Assembly (NCBI GenBank): GCA_017559435.1
Contig: JAFYSG010000165.1
Location: 1-49,832, forward strand
DNA from: Lachnospiraceae bacterium
GTDB lineage: Bacteria; Bacillota; Clostridia; Lachnospirales; Lachnospiraceae
DNA: 49,832 nt
Reading direction: 5' to 3'
Of this stretch, positions 18,457 through 27,319 are shown piece after piece. A program made the position numbers and the translations under genes. The notes beneath the pieces were generated by a model that ran no database searches, was not told where the DNA came from, and worked only from the letters and a program-made list of their open reading frames with translations. Position 1 is the first letter of the stretch, and each line of letters starts with the position of its first letter.

Positions 18457-20307
18457 ATGAACATATTAACAGTTGAAAATATAACGAAAGCCTACGGAGA
18501 GCGGAAGCTTTTTGACAAAGCAAATTTTTATCTTCAGGAAGGCGAGAAGGCAGGAATCATCGGCATCAATGGAACCGGCAAATCCACGCTTTTGAAAATC
18601 ATCGCAGGACTGGAGGAACCGGATGAGGGAAGGGTAGTGAAGGCCAACAATACGGTCATTCGTTTTCTGCCCCAGAACCCGTTTTTCCTTAAGGAGGATA
18701 CGGTTTTGGAGGCGGTTCTTAAGGATAACAAAACAGCAGAGAACGAAAGTTATATTGAAGCAGATGCCAAAGCCATGTTGACCAGACTGGGTGTGGATAA
18801 CTGGGATCAGCCCTGTGGTGAGTTGTCCGGCGGGCAGAAAAAGCGTCTGGCTCTGGTGTCGGTGCTGTTATCCCCGGCTGAGATTCTGATCTTAGATGAG
18901 CCTACCAACCATTTGGACAATACTATGGCAGACTGGCTGGAGGATACGTTGCGAAAAAGGAAAGGGGCGGTGATCATGGTGACTCATGACCGCTATTTTC
19001 TGGACAGTGTGTCGGACCGTATCATTGAGATTGACAAGGGACATATTTATTCTTATGAGGCCAATTATTCCGGGTATCTGGAGCTGAAGCTTATGCGTGA
19101 GGAGATGGAAGAGGCTTCTCAGCGTAAGCGTGAAACTATACTTAGAAATGAATTAAAATGGGTACAGCGGGGTGCAAGGGCCCGCTCTACCAAGCAGAAG
19201 GCCAGATTGCAGCGTTATGAGGAGTTAAGGAACACTCAGGGACCGGTGAAAGATGGGCAGGTGCAGCTTGCTTCCATCTCTACCAGGCTGGGGAGGACTA
19301 CGGTGGAGCTGGAGCATATTTGCAAAAGCTATGGGGAAACTGTGTTGATCCGGGATTTTTCTTATATTTTCCTAAAGGATGACCGGGTGGGTTTTATCGG
19401 GCGTAACGGTTGCGGCAAATCTACGCTGATGAAGATACTCACCGGTCAGGTGGAGCTGGACAGTGGGCATTTGGAAATCGGGCAGACAGTAAAGATCGGT
19501 TACTATGCCCAGGAGCTTGGGACAGAGCAGATGAATCCTCAGAAACGAGTGATCGATTATATCCGGGATGTGGCGGAGTATGTGGACACGCCGGAGGGGA
19601 AGGTCAGTGCGGCAAGGATGTTGGAGCGATTTTTGTTTACAGGAGAAGATCAGTATGGGCTTTTGGGCAAGCTTTCCGGTGGAGAGAAAAGGCGTCTTTA
19701 TTTGTTAAAAGTGCTGATGGGGGCGCCCAATGTGCTGATCCTGGACGAGCCTACCAATGATCTGGATATTGCTACGTTGCGGATATTGGAGGATTATCTG
19801 GATACCTTTGAGGGAATTGTGATCGTGGTGTCCCATGACAGATATTTTCTGGATCGTACAGTGCGCAGAATCTTTGCGTTTGAAGAGGATGGCAGGCTTG
19901 TGCAGTATGAGGGCGGTTATACCGATTATGCGATCAGAAAAGAGGAAGAAGCAACAGGCGTAAGTGTGGCTGGCGTAAGTTTGGCAGGCAAAGGAACAGG
20001 ACGCGATGGTGGACAGTCAACCGGTGAAAGCAGCAGAACCGCTTGGAAAGACGGGCAGAAGAAAAAGTTGCGCTTTACTTATCAGGAGCAGAAGGAATAT
20101 GAAACCATCGAAGGTGTGATCGCCAAATTGGAAGATACGTTGGAACAGATTGAACGGAAGATTCCGGAAGCGGCCAGAGATTTTGTGAAGTTGAATGAGT
20201 TGACTATGCAAAAAGAGGAAACGGAGAAGGCGCTGGAGGAGAAAATGGAGCGCTGGATGTATCTGGAGGACTTAGCAGCCAGAATTAAGGCAGGAGAAAT
20301 GATTTAA
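18457..20307 (+). CDS. ABC-F family ATP-binding protein (Uup/YfmR-like)
   Basis: Two ABC domains (GINGTGKST, GRNGCGKST, LDEPTN), no TM segments, C-terminal coiled coil; GGAGG SD before 18457. Confidence 0.92.
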   Translation: MNILTVENITKAYGERKLFDKANFYLQEGEKAGIIGINGTGKSTLLKIIAGLEEPDEGRVVKANNTVIRFLPQNPFFLKEDTVLEAVLKDNKTAENESYIEADAKAMLTRLGVDNWDQPCGELSGGQKKRLALVSVLLSPAEILILDEPTNHLDNTMADWLEDTLRKRKGAVIMVTHDRYFLDSVSDRIIEIDKGHIYSYEANYSGYLELKLMREEMEEASQRKRETILRNELKWVQRGARARSTKQKARLQRYEELRNTQGPVKDGQVQLASISTRLGRTTVELEHICKSYGETVLIRDFSYIFLKDDRVGFIGRNGCGKSTLMKILTGQVELDSGHLEIGQTVKIGYYAQELGTEQMNPQKRVIDYIRDVAEYVDTPEGKVSAARMLERFLFTGEDQYGLLGKLSGGEKRRLYLLKVLMGAPNVLILDEPTNDLDIATLRILEDYLDTFEGIVIVVSHDRYFLDRTVRRIFAFEEDGRLVQYEGGYTDYAIRKEEEATGVSVAGVSLAGKGTGRDGGQSTGESSRTAWKDGQKKKLRFTYQEQKEYETIEGVIAKLEDTLEQIERKIPEAARDFVKLNELTMQKEETEKALEEKMERWMYLEDLAARIKAGEMI

Positions 20308-20348
20308 TTTAAATTGCAGGAAAAAGCATAATTGTATTGATATTTTAC

Positions 20349-20377
20349 TTGAAATAATTACTATTGTATAGTAAAAT
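20349..20377 (+). promoter_or_regulatory. sigmaA-like promoter of the yegP-like gene
   Basis: TTGAAA-17-TAAAAT. Confidence 0.55.
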
Positions 20378-20421
20378 TAAGTTATATTAATTTTCCACCG
20401 AGGACAAGAGGAGGTACTATA

Positions 20422-20790
20422 ATGGGTAAATTTGTAATTAAGAAGACAAACACTGGCGTGAAATTTGATCTAAAGGCTACTAATGGCCAGGTGATCGCTA
20501 CTTCTGAGGTATATACTTCTGATGCGGCTTGCAAAAATGGTATTGCAAGTGTACAGAAGAATGCTCCTGTAGCAGCTGTAGAGAATCAGACTGTTGAAGG
20601 CTATGCCACCGAGAAGAATCCTAAATTCGAGGTATACACTGACAAGGCCGGTGAGTTCAGATTCCGTTTGACAGCTACCAATGGTCAGGTAATTGCAGTC
20701 AGCGAAGGCTACAAGGCGATTGCCAGTTGCTTAAATGGTGTGGAGTCTGTTAAGAAGAATGCGCCGGAAGCAGAGATCGTAGAAGAATAA
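20422..20790 (+). CDS. YegP/DUF1508 family protein (tandem repeat)
   Basis: Two copies of F.L.ATNGQVIA.SE.Y...C.NG..SV.KNAP. Confidence 0.9.
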   Translation: MGKFVIKKTNTGVKFDLKATNGQVIATSEVYTSDAACKNGIASVQKNAPVAAVENQTVEGYATEKNPKFEVYTDKAGEFRFRLTATNGQVIAVSEGYKAIASCLNGVESVKKNAPEAEIVEE

Positions 20791-20813
20791 TCAGTAAAGA
20801 AATACATAGGAAT

Positions 20814-20854
20814 AAAAAAGGTGTCAGGGAATTGAACTATCTGGCACCTTTTTT
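20814..20854. terminator. Bidirectional terminator
   Basis: aaaaaaggtgtcag/ctggcacctttttt. Confidence 0.8.
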
Positions 20855-20859
20855 ATACA

Positions 20860-21885
20860 TTACTGTAAATCTGGTAAATTTTCTGTTATTGTTACATTTG
20901 CCGCCACAGAATCATCATTTGTGTAATAGTATATATATACCGTGCGTTCCTGAACGATAAAAGCTATGTAATCACCTTTGTTATTTACAAAAGCACAGTC
21001 ATATTCACCTTTTAATGTATCGTGATCTGTAAAAACAAAATGCTCAGTGTTTTTCATGTATCCCGGAATATATGCATCCAGTTCGCTCCAGGAAAAATTT
21101 GATATTTTAAGTGTCGATATTTTTTTCCCTTTAAAATTGATTAGATCCCTTTCTCCTGAGTAATCCAGGTCTCTCAGTTTCTTACCTTTGTATTCCTGAT
21201 CCACATAATAACCCAAACTTCTAGGGTCAGGATTTGGAACAAGGTCCCAATTATCAATTGCAGGATTATAAACCCAAAGTGATGTAAAATGCCATAACTT
21301 ATCTTGATAATATGAGGATTCTTTTGCTTCCCAACACAATTCCAGTACAAAATCATCTGCAGTTGCATCAAAATCATATTGAATACTGGAGTTTATCATA
21401 GGAGTCATATAATCCGTAAAGTAGGTGTCTGAATACTCTTCATGATTCAGCAAATAATCTGTAGCATATTCAACCATTTCATCAACCTCTGGAATACGAA
21501 CCACATTATAACTTTCGATATTCCAAGTTGATTTATTCTTGCCCCATCCCTGATCGTATTTAGTATAAAATAAATCCAGTTCCAATGTCCAGTCAGCATA
21601 CTTGCTTTGGCCTTTTACCTGTAAGGTGATTTGATAGCTTTTATCTTCCGTCAAACTTTTTAAGCCCTGTACTTCATTCATTGTAATGTGAGGATATTTT
21701 TCTGTGAGTTCCTTTTTAACATCTTCAATAATAAGGTTTTTATGAGGTGCCTTTTTACCATTATCTGAAAGATTAATGGTTATCTCTTTCTCATCTGTTG
21801 GATTGCTTGCAGAATTCATATTTTGTCTTCCGCATGAACATAATAACATCATTGTACACATAATCACGAATAATATTGGTCTCAT
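20860..21885 (-). CDS. Hypothetical lipoprotein (AT-rich)
   Basis: Lipobox-like LLCSC, AAGGAG SD, visibly low GC. Confidence 0.7.
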   Translation of the reverse strand: MRPILFVIMCTMMLLCSCGRQNMNSASNPTDEKEITINLSDNGKKAPHKNLIIEDVKKELTEKYPHITMNEVQGLKSLTEDKSYQITLQVKGQSKYADWTLELDLFYTKYDQGWGKNKSTWNIESYNVVRIPEVDEMVEYATDYLLNHEEYSDTYFTDYMTPMINSSIQYDFDATADDFVLELCWEAKESSYYQDKLWHFTSLWVYNPAIDNWDLVPNPDPRSLGYYVDQEYKGKKLRDLDYSGERDLINFKGKKISTLKISNFSWSELDAYIPGYMKNTEHFVFTDHDTLKGEYDCAFVNNKGDYIAFIVQERTVYIYYYTNDDSVAANVTITENLPDLQ

Positions 21886-21929
21886 TATTCCGTTCTCCTT
21901 TATCCTTCAAAATTTATAATTTTTATCAC

Positions 21930-21973
21930 ATTATACTCAATATATTGAGTATAGTCAATACTTTAAGTATGCT
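21930..21973. promoter_or_regulatory. Overlapping divergent sigmaA promoters with palindromic operators
   Basis: Minus: TTGACT-17-TATAAT; plus: TTGAGT-17-TATGCT; perfect 22-bp palindrome 21932-21953. Confidence 0.75.
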
Positions 21974-21993
21974 AATATTAGTTTGGTGATATT

Positions 21994-22197
21994 ATGATTT
22001 CTTATAAACCCTTTTATGAAACCCTGATAAAAAAGAATATTACGGAATATCAATTGATTTTCAAAGAAGGAATATCTGCAAACACATTGCATAGAATAAA
22101 AAAAGGCGAGTCGATCACAACCAAAACTCTCGACACGCTTTGTTTTGTCTTGGATTGTGAAGTTTCGGACATTCTCTATCATGACAAGAACCACTAA
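21994..22197 (+). CDS. Cro/C1-type HTH protein (HTH_26-like)
   Basis: MISYKPF...ISANTLHRIKKGESITTKTLDTLC..LDC..SDI. Confidence 0.85.
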   Translation: MISYKPFYETLIKKNITEYQLIFKEGISANTLHRIKKGESITTKTLDTLCFVLDCEVSDILYHDKNH

Positions 22198-22232
22198 AAA
22201 GGGAGCGGCCTGATCGCAGGTACGCTCCCTTG
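22196..22232. terminator. Terminator between HTH gene and small peptide gene
   Basis: aagggagcg..cctg/cagg..cgctccctt. Confidence 0.7.
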
Positions 22233-22252
22233 CTTATTTTATAGGAAAGTTA

Positions 22253-22363
22253 TCAGTCTTCAATATCTTGATCGGCTGCAACAGCAGACACTACAGAAGA
22301 TACCACAGCAGCTATTACGGCGAAAATAATAATCAGAAGCCCACCGGCTAATATTATAAACAT
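22253..22363 (-). CDS. Small single-TM protein, 36 aa (not in ORF track)
   Basis: AAAGGAG SD; MFIILAGGLLIIIFAVIAAVVSSVVSAVAADQDIED; TATAAT upstream, terminator downstream. Confidence 0.7.
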   Translation of the reverse strand: MFIILAGGLLIIIFAVIAAVVSSVVSAVAADQDIED

Positions 22364-22640
22364 TGTCTTGAAATCTCCTTTCTGTTCTGCATTGCATTAG
22401 TTCTCTTGTAATTGGGTTATTAATATCTATTATACACATTTTTTGAAAAAAGAAAACCTCTATTTTTCTCTCGTGCAAAATAATCGAAAAAATTGCACAA
22501 TAAAATGCCTTTCGGCAAAATTACTACATTGTTACAAACATGATACATACTGGAAAAACTGCCCTGAAAAATGTAACAAATGAATCTGGCGGCTATAAAA
22601 GTTTGGTAAAAAAGCACAAGGAAAAAAGCTTTTCACTTCG

Positions 22641-22669
22641 TTGACAAAGGAGAGAAAAAGGAGTAAAGT
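22641..22669 (+). promoter_or_regulatory. sigmaA-like promoter of the Tad operon
   Basis: TTGACA-17-TAAAGT. Confidence 0.65.
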
Positions 22670-22677
22670 GACAATCA

Positions 22678-22872
22678 CTCAGTAACGATTTCTTACGTCT
22701 GGCGGTATCCGCCGAATTTTCAAGACATAAGGAATGTAAGTAATGATAGTAAGATATGTAGCAAGATACTTGATAGTAAGTAAGAAACAGTTGCAACTGT
22801 GATAAGTTTTTGAAGTGTTCGAACCATAATTTTGATTCTTAGAGACATGTTACGGAGGAATCGATTACTGAG
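22678..22872 (+). ncRNA. Candidate structured 5' leader of the Tad operon
   Basis: ctcagtaacgatttctt(22678) pairs with gaggaatcgattactgag(to 22872); internal hairpins. Confidence 0.4.
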
Positions 22873-22899
22873 AAGCTCATAAGAAAGGAGGTTAGAGAA

Positions 22900-24048
22900 A
22901 CGGAGAACAACAAAAGGATCCGGTTTCCTACTCTCGAAGAGCGTTTGGAGCGTCTGGTAAATGATTATACAACCAGAAAGCAGACCTCGCTCATTCAGAT
23001 GAAGAAGGGAATTATCAGCAGAGAAGCTTTCCTGGTGGAAGCCGGGCAGTATATTACGGAATATTTTGAGGTGACTGTGCAGGAGAAGGATGAGCTGCTT
23101 GTGACCTTCGAGCAGTATATCTTCGGGTATTCCAGACTTTCCCCTTTGATTGATGACAAAGAAATATCAGATATCAGAATCGTCAATCATGATAATATTC
23201 GCGTCAAGCGAAGGGGTAAAAGAATAGATGCAGGTATTGCATTTCAATCGGAAAAGGAATACCGGCAGTTTATTGACTATGTGGCCACAAAAAATCAGGT
23301 AAATATATCCAATATGAATGCGATTCAGAGATTTACGGACACAGAGAGTCATCCTGATTTCATCCTGCGATTTACGGTATCCATGCCTTTGGTAAATACT
23401 TATAAGGAGCCTTATCTATGCATCCGTAAGGTGCCTAAGGATTTCCCGGAGATGAAGGAATTGATCACTCGTAATATGTTGGATGAAGAGACTGCCCGGC
23501 TTTTGGTTCAAAGATTCAGGCAGGGGTCTACCCTAATCTGCGGAGGTAACTCATCCGGTAAGACCACTCTGTTAAATGCGCTGAAAGAAACCTTGCCTGA
23601 TAACATGGCAATTTTAGTGGCGCAGCAGGCGGATGAGCTGACTACGAAGTTCCATCCTGATATGATGTTTCTGCATTCTCTTCCGGGAAATGGAGAAAGT
23701 CAGATCAATTATGATCTGAAAAATATCAGTATTGCGGGGCTTACCATGGACGTGGATTTTTTTATCATCGGCGAAGTGAAAGGATCGGAAGCCTTGTATT
23801 TGTTAAATGCAGCTTATACCGGGCAGCTCTGTGCGGCGACGATTCATGCGCCGTCGGCAGATAAGGCTCCCAATAAGCTGGTGGATTATGCAATGTATGA
23901 CAGTCGTTATTCCAGAAACGAACTGATGAAAATGATGGATTGCTTTCAAACGTTGGTTTTTATGGAGAATTATCAGGTGAAGCAGATTTATGCCGGCTGT
24001 GGCTGGAATGAACAAAAACAAGATTTGATGTATGAAAGAATACAATAG
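22900..24048 (+). CDS. TadA/CpaF-family pilus assembly ATPase (SD points to ACG at 22900; ORF track start is TTG 22945)
   Basis: LSPLIDD.EISDI, LCIRK, Walker A GGNSSGKTT, Walker B IIGEV, His box TIHA. Confidence 0.88.
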   Translation, partial: TENNKRIRFPTLEERLERLVNDYTTRKQTSLIQMKKGIISREAFLVEAGQYITEYFEVTVQEKDELLVTFEQYIFGYSRLSPLIDDKEISDIRIVNHDNIRVKRRGKRIDAGIAFQSEKEYRQFIDYVATKNQVNISNMNAIQRFTDTESHPDFILRFTVSMPLVNTYKEPYLCIRKVPKDFPEMKELITRNMLDEETARLLVQRFRQGSTLICGGNSSGKTTLLNALKETLPDNMAILVAQQADELTTKFHPDMMFLHSLPGNGESQINYDLKNISIAGLTMDVDFFIIGEVKGSEALYLLNAAYTGQLCAATIHAPSADKAPNKLVDYAMYDSRYSRNELMKMMDCFQTLVFMENYQVKQIYAGCGWNEQKQDLMYERIQ

Positions 24049-24059
24049 GAGAAAGTAGT

Positions 24060-24998
24060 ATGTGGTTTAAGATCGTTTTGGGTGTTTGTCTGTATGCGGC
24101 GTTTTTTATGCTTTTTGCATGGCTTGGTAAAGAGAGCATGATCAGAAGGCTGATGCATCGGACATTTGAATCCATGGATGCGGCTGCCAGACAAAGGGTG
24201 CATGAGAACAGGAAATTGTTAACTGTGCTGCAGGAGAGGAAAGGATTACTGTATCGGGTAGAACAGAGGCTTGTTTATAGTGGATTGACTTCAAAATATC
24301 ACTTTTTAACGCCTGAACTGTGGATTCTGGGGAATCTGGTACTTAGTGCGGCGGGATATTTCATCGTACTGATCTGTAGCGGAAGCTTTTTAGCAGCTTT
24401 GGCGGTGCTTGCAGGAATGCAGGTACTTAGGAGTGGGTTGGAAAGTACATTGATGGCGAGAAATTATAGGGCAGTAAATGAGAATTTAATGAAATTTCTT
24501 GACTTTCTGGGTAATTATAGTATCACTGCCGGTGAGGTGACCGGAATTCTGAACCAGATTAGTAAGTATCTGGATGAGCCGCTTCGCAGTGCGCTGGAAG
24601 AGTGTTATTATGAGTCCCAGACCTCCGGAGATGTGAGTCTTGCGCTGATGTCCATGGCAGAGAAGATAGAGCATCCAAGGTTTAAAGAATTGGTTCGTAA
24701 TATGGAGATCAGCTTGCGGTATTCGGCTGATTTCACCACATTGGTAAGCAGTAGCAGAAGGGCGGTGCGAGAGCATATGAGGACCAGACAGGAGAGGAAG
24801 TCTCTGGTCAATGAGGCGCTGGTAAATATGATGATTCTGTTGGGGATGTCGGTAGTTATCTTAGTGATAGTGGAGCAGTTGATTAAGACCTCCATGAAGC
24901 AGATTTTGTTTGAGACTCTTCCGGGAAGAATCTGTTTGACAGTAATGCTCACCATATTTGTGCTATTGTATCGTCAGATAAGGAAGTTAGATCGATAA
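24060..24998 (+). CDS. TadB-like (T2SSF) membrane platform protein
   Basis: N-terminal TM, central TM pair, LDEPLRSALEECYYE helical domain, two C-terminal TMs; follows ATPase. Confidence 0.8.
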   Translation: MWFKIVLGVCLYAAFFMLFAWLGKESMIRRLMHRTFESMDAAARQRVHENRKLLTVLQERKGLLYRVEQRLVYSGLTSKYHFLTPELWILGNLVLSAAGYFIVLICSGSFLAALAVLAGMQVLRSGLESTLMARNYRAVNENLMKFLDFLGNYSITAGEVTGILNQISKYLDEPLRSALEECYYESQTSGDVSLALMSMAEKIEHPRFKELVRNMEISLRYSADFTTLVSSSRRAVREHMRTRQERKSLVNEALVNMMILLGMSVVILVIVEQLIKTSMKQILFETLPGRICLTVMLTIFVLLYRQIRKLDR

Positions 24999-25002
24999 GG
25001 CG

Positions 25003-25854
25003 GTGACAAGAATGGACTTACAGAGAATTCAAATGATAGTCAGAATAATCAGTGTTGTGATTGCAGTCATGACCGCTTCTTTGATTCTAATTGTGGCAGC
25101 TACGTGTAAGCCGGGAAAGCTTTTGCTCCAAACTTATGAGGAGATCAGTGCCGGGCTTAAAAAGAGCAGGAATGGATTGTTTGATTACCGAAAGGTAGAG
25201 GCTTTCCTGGAAAGGAATGGTGCAGACTTCCATTTTGGGAGGTGGATCAGTCCTATCAGTTATATGGTAATTCGGTTTATGGCAGGGGGAATCGGCATGC
25301 TTCTGGGCGCATATTATGAAGTGTGGCTGAGTTTTGTTTTGGCAGTGATATTCTTCTTGTTGCCGGATATGATGTTAGTTTGGCTGAATGGTAAAGATAA
25401 TGAGCGAATGCTGCCCGAACTGAAGCTGGTATATAATGCCATGTCCATGCAGATTAAGGCAGGGGTATATGTTACAGATGCACTTGCAGAATGCTATGGA
25501 AGTGTAAGAGAGGCCAGACTTAGGCAAGCTTTACTTACTTTGTCCGGTGATATCACCATGAAAGCCGATGTGGAAGAAGCGTTGGAAGGATTTCAGGCGA
25601 AGTTCGACAATCAGTATATAGATGCTCTTTGCATTACCATACTGCAGGCATTGGAGTCCGGACAGGCAGTAGATCTGTTGTCAGATATCGGGGAGCAGAT
25701 CAAAGATATGGAAGTTACCATCATGAGTCGCAAAAAAAGTAATCTGGATAGAAGTATTACTTTTTACCAGTTAGGAATCCTGTCAGCTATAATGGTCGTT
25801 GTATTATATGCCTGTGTAGTACATATGTTGACAGCAGTAGTGAACTTCTCATGA
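25003..25854 (+). CDS. TadC-like (T2SSF) membrane platform protein
   Basis: LLPD after TM, KAGV...DAL, QALESG, C-terminal TM. Confidence 0.8.
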   Translation: MTRMDLQRIQMIVRIISVVIAVMTASLILIVAATCKPGKLLLQTYEEISAGLKKSRNGLFDYRKVEAFLERNGADFHFGRWISPISYMVIRFMAGGIGMLLGAYYEVWLSFVLAVIFFLLPDMMLVWLNGKDNERMLPELKLVYNAMSMQIKAGVYVTDALAECYGSVREARLRQALLTLSGDITMKADVEEALEGFQAKFDNQYIDALCITILQALESGQAVDLLSDIGEQIKDMEVTIMSRKKSNLDRSITFYQLGILSAIMVVVLYACVVHMLTAVVNFS

Positions 25855-25926
25855 TAGGAACTGTGAAATGACAACTGAATAATGTAATGAAATGAAATAA
25901 GAAAAAATGAAATGGAGGAAATCATT

Positions 25927-26169
25927 ATGTATTACAGATTGATCGCAGCAAAATATAGTTTTTTAAATAAGTGTGAGGTATTTAAGGAGAAATGCCTGGA
26001 AGCAAAGCATCCCGGTATTGACGGTATCCTTGTGACAGTGGGGTTGTGTATTATTGCTCTGCTTTTGTGTGTCTTTATGAAGGAGCAGTTAACCAGCTTT
26101 ATTAAGACAATTGTAGGGGAAATGACTACAAAAGCCACCACGATTCTGGGAACACCCATTACACCATAA
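25927..26169 (+). CDS. Flp-like major pilin candidate
   Basis: ~80 aa; charged leader ending KHPG, then hydrophobic helix; GGAGG SD before ATG 25927. Confidence 0.65.
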   Translation: MYYRLIAAKYSFLNKCEVFKEKCLEAKHPGIDGILVTVGLCIIALLLCVFMKEQLTSFIKTIVGEMTTKATTILGTPITP

Positions 26170-26176
26170 GTTTTAA

Positions 26177-26623
26177 ATGAGGTGGCTCATATATAAGATC
26201 AAGGGATGTCATTGGTGGAAGCACCGTAAGGGCTCTGTAGTAGATGTGATGTCAGTAGGAATTTGTGTAATCGCAATGACTGTGCTTATGCTGGCATACA
26301 TGGGCAGTGTACAGCTGTTGAATAGTAAGTCTCAGATTGATCAGATTACAAGGAAGTATATTCTGCGCATGGAAACAGTGGGATATCTGACAGGCAATGA
26401 TCGGCTGGAGATGACGCAGGAACTTGCAGCCTTAGGTGCTACGGAGTTGGACTATACGGGAAGTACGTTGAATCAGGTAGATTATGGTTCTGCGATTTCG
26501 CTGGTGGTTCGTGGTAAAATCCCGGTCCGAACAGTTGTGTCAGGTAGTGATTTGTTCAACTCAACACAGGAAATCATCTGGTATGAGTTTGAAGAACGAA
26601 GAATCTCTACGGCGAAAAACTAA
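26177..26623 (+). CDS. TadE-like minor pilin/pseudopilin
   Basis: Basic leader KHRKG then hydrophobic helix and small soluble domain. Confidence 0.65.
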   Translation: MRWLIYKIKGCHWWKHRKGSVVDVMSVGICVIAMTVLMLAYMGSVQLLNSKSQIDQITRKYILRMETVGYLTGNDRLEMTQELAALGATELDYTGSTLNQVDYGSAISLVVRGKIPVRTVVSGSDLFNSTQEIIWYEFEERRISTAKN

Positions 26624-26719
26624 TTACTGAATGAAGAGGGAGGTGGCCTGAAGCGTAAATGAAAGTATACTTCAGGCTGCACTCATAATCTTTCAATAGC
26701 ATAAGCCTGGAGGAGTGAG

Positions 26720-27319
26720 ATGGGTAAAAGAGCGTGGAATAAGGAATGGAATAAACAAGCGGGAAAGATTGAGATTTTCACCGAAATATATATGGTGGTT
26801 TTGTTGATGATTCTTTTAAGCGTACAGCTGCAGATACAGACATTCCTGGCAACAAGCACGTATATGGAGGATGCATTGGCTGCGTCCAATCTGGCATCTG
26901 CCGTGATAGATATTCAGGAATACGGGATGACTCAAGTAGTGAAGATAAAGTCGCCGGATAATGCTTTCGAATTATATTGTGAAGCTCTGAAAGAGAACCT
27001 ATCGTTGGATGATGACTGGGAAAGTAAACAGAAGGATCTGATCTATGGACAAGTAGAGATACTAAAATATGAGGTTTATAATGTGGAGAAAAATAATGTC
27101 ACAATATATTCTTATGGCACCGAAGGAGAGGAGGTCAGGGTGATTCCCAATGGCCTGGGAAGTGTATATACGCCGGACGGCATTCTGGTGGAATCTACAT
27201 CTGTATACAGTAAGATCGGTTTTCCCGTAAAGGGTATATTTGGAGTAAAAATAGATGCCAGGAAGGATAAGACTGTGGATATTGTCAGTAATCGGGAGAA
27301 TGAAACAGGAGGAGTATAA
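26720..27319 (+). CDS. TadE/TadG-like pseudopilin
   Basis: Leader ending KQAG, hydrophobic helix, EDALAASNLAS helix. Confidence 0.6.
   Translation: MGKRAWNKEWNKQAGKIEIFTEIYMVVLLMILLSVQLQIQTFLATSTYMEDALAASNLASAVIDIQEYGMTQVVKIKSPDNAFELYCEALKENLSLDDDWESKQKDLIYGQVEILKYEVYNVEKNNVTIYSYGTEGEEVRVIPNGLGSVYTPDGILVESTSVYSKIGFPVKGIFGVKIDARKDKTVDIVSNRENETGGV

Noticed and set aside
22260-22796. ORF-track calls 22260..22478, 22420..22617, 22593..22796
   Set aside because: No SD, overlap promoters; the SD-supported frame is the 36-aa ORF 22253..22363
22500-22880. c-di-GMP riboswitch upstream of the pilus operon
   Set aside because: ggcaaa at 22514 lacks the paired GCAAA and P2 elements and lies upstream of the predicted promoter
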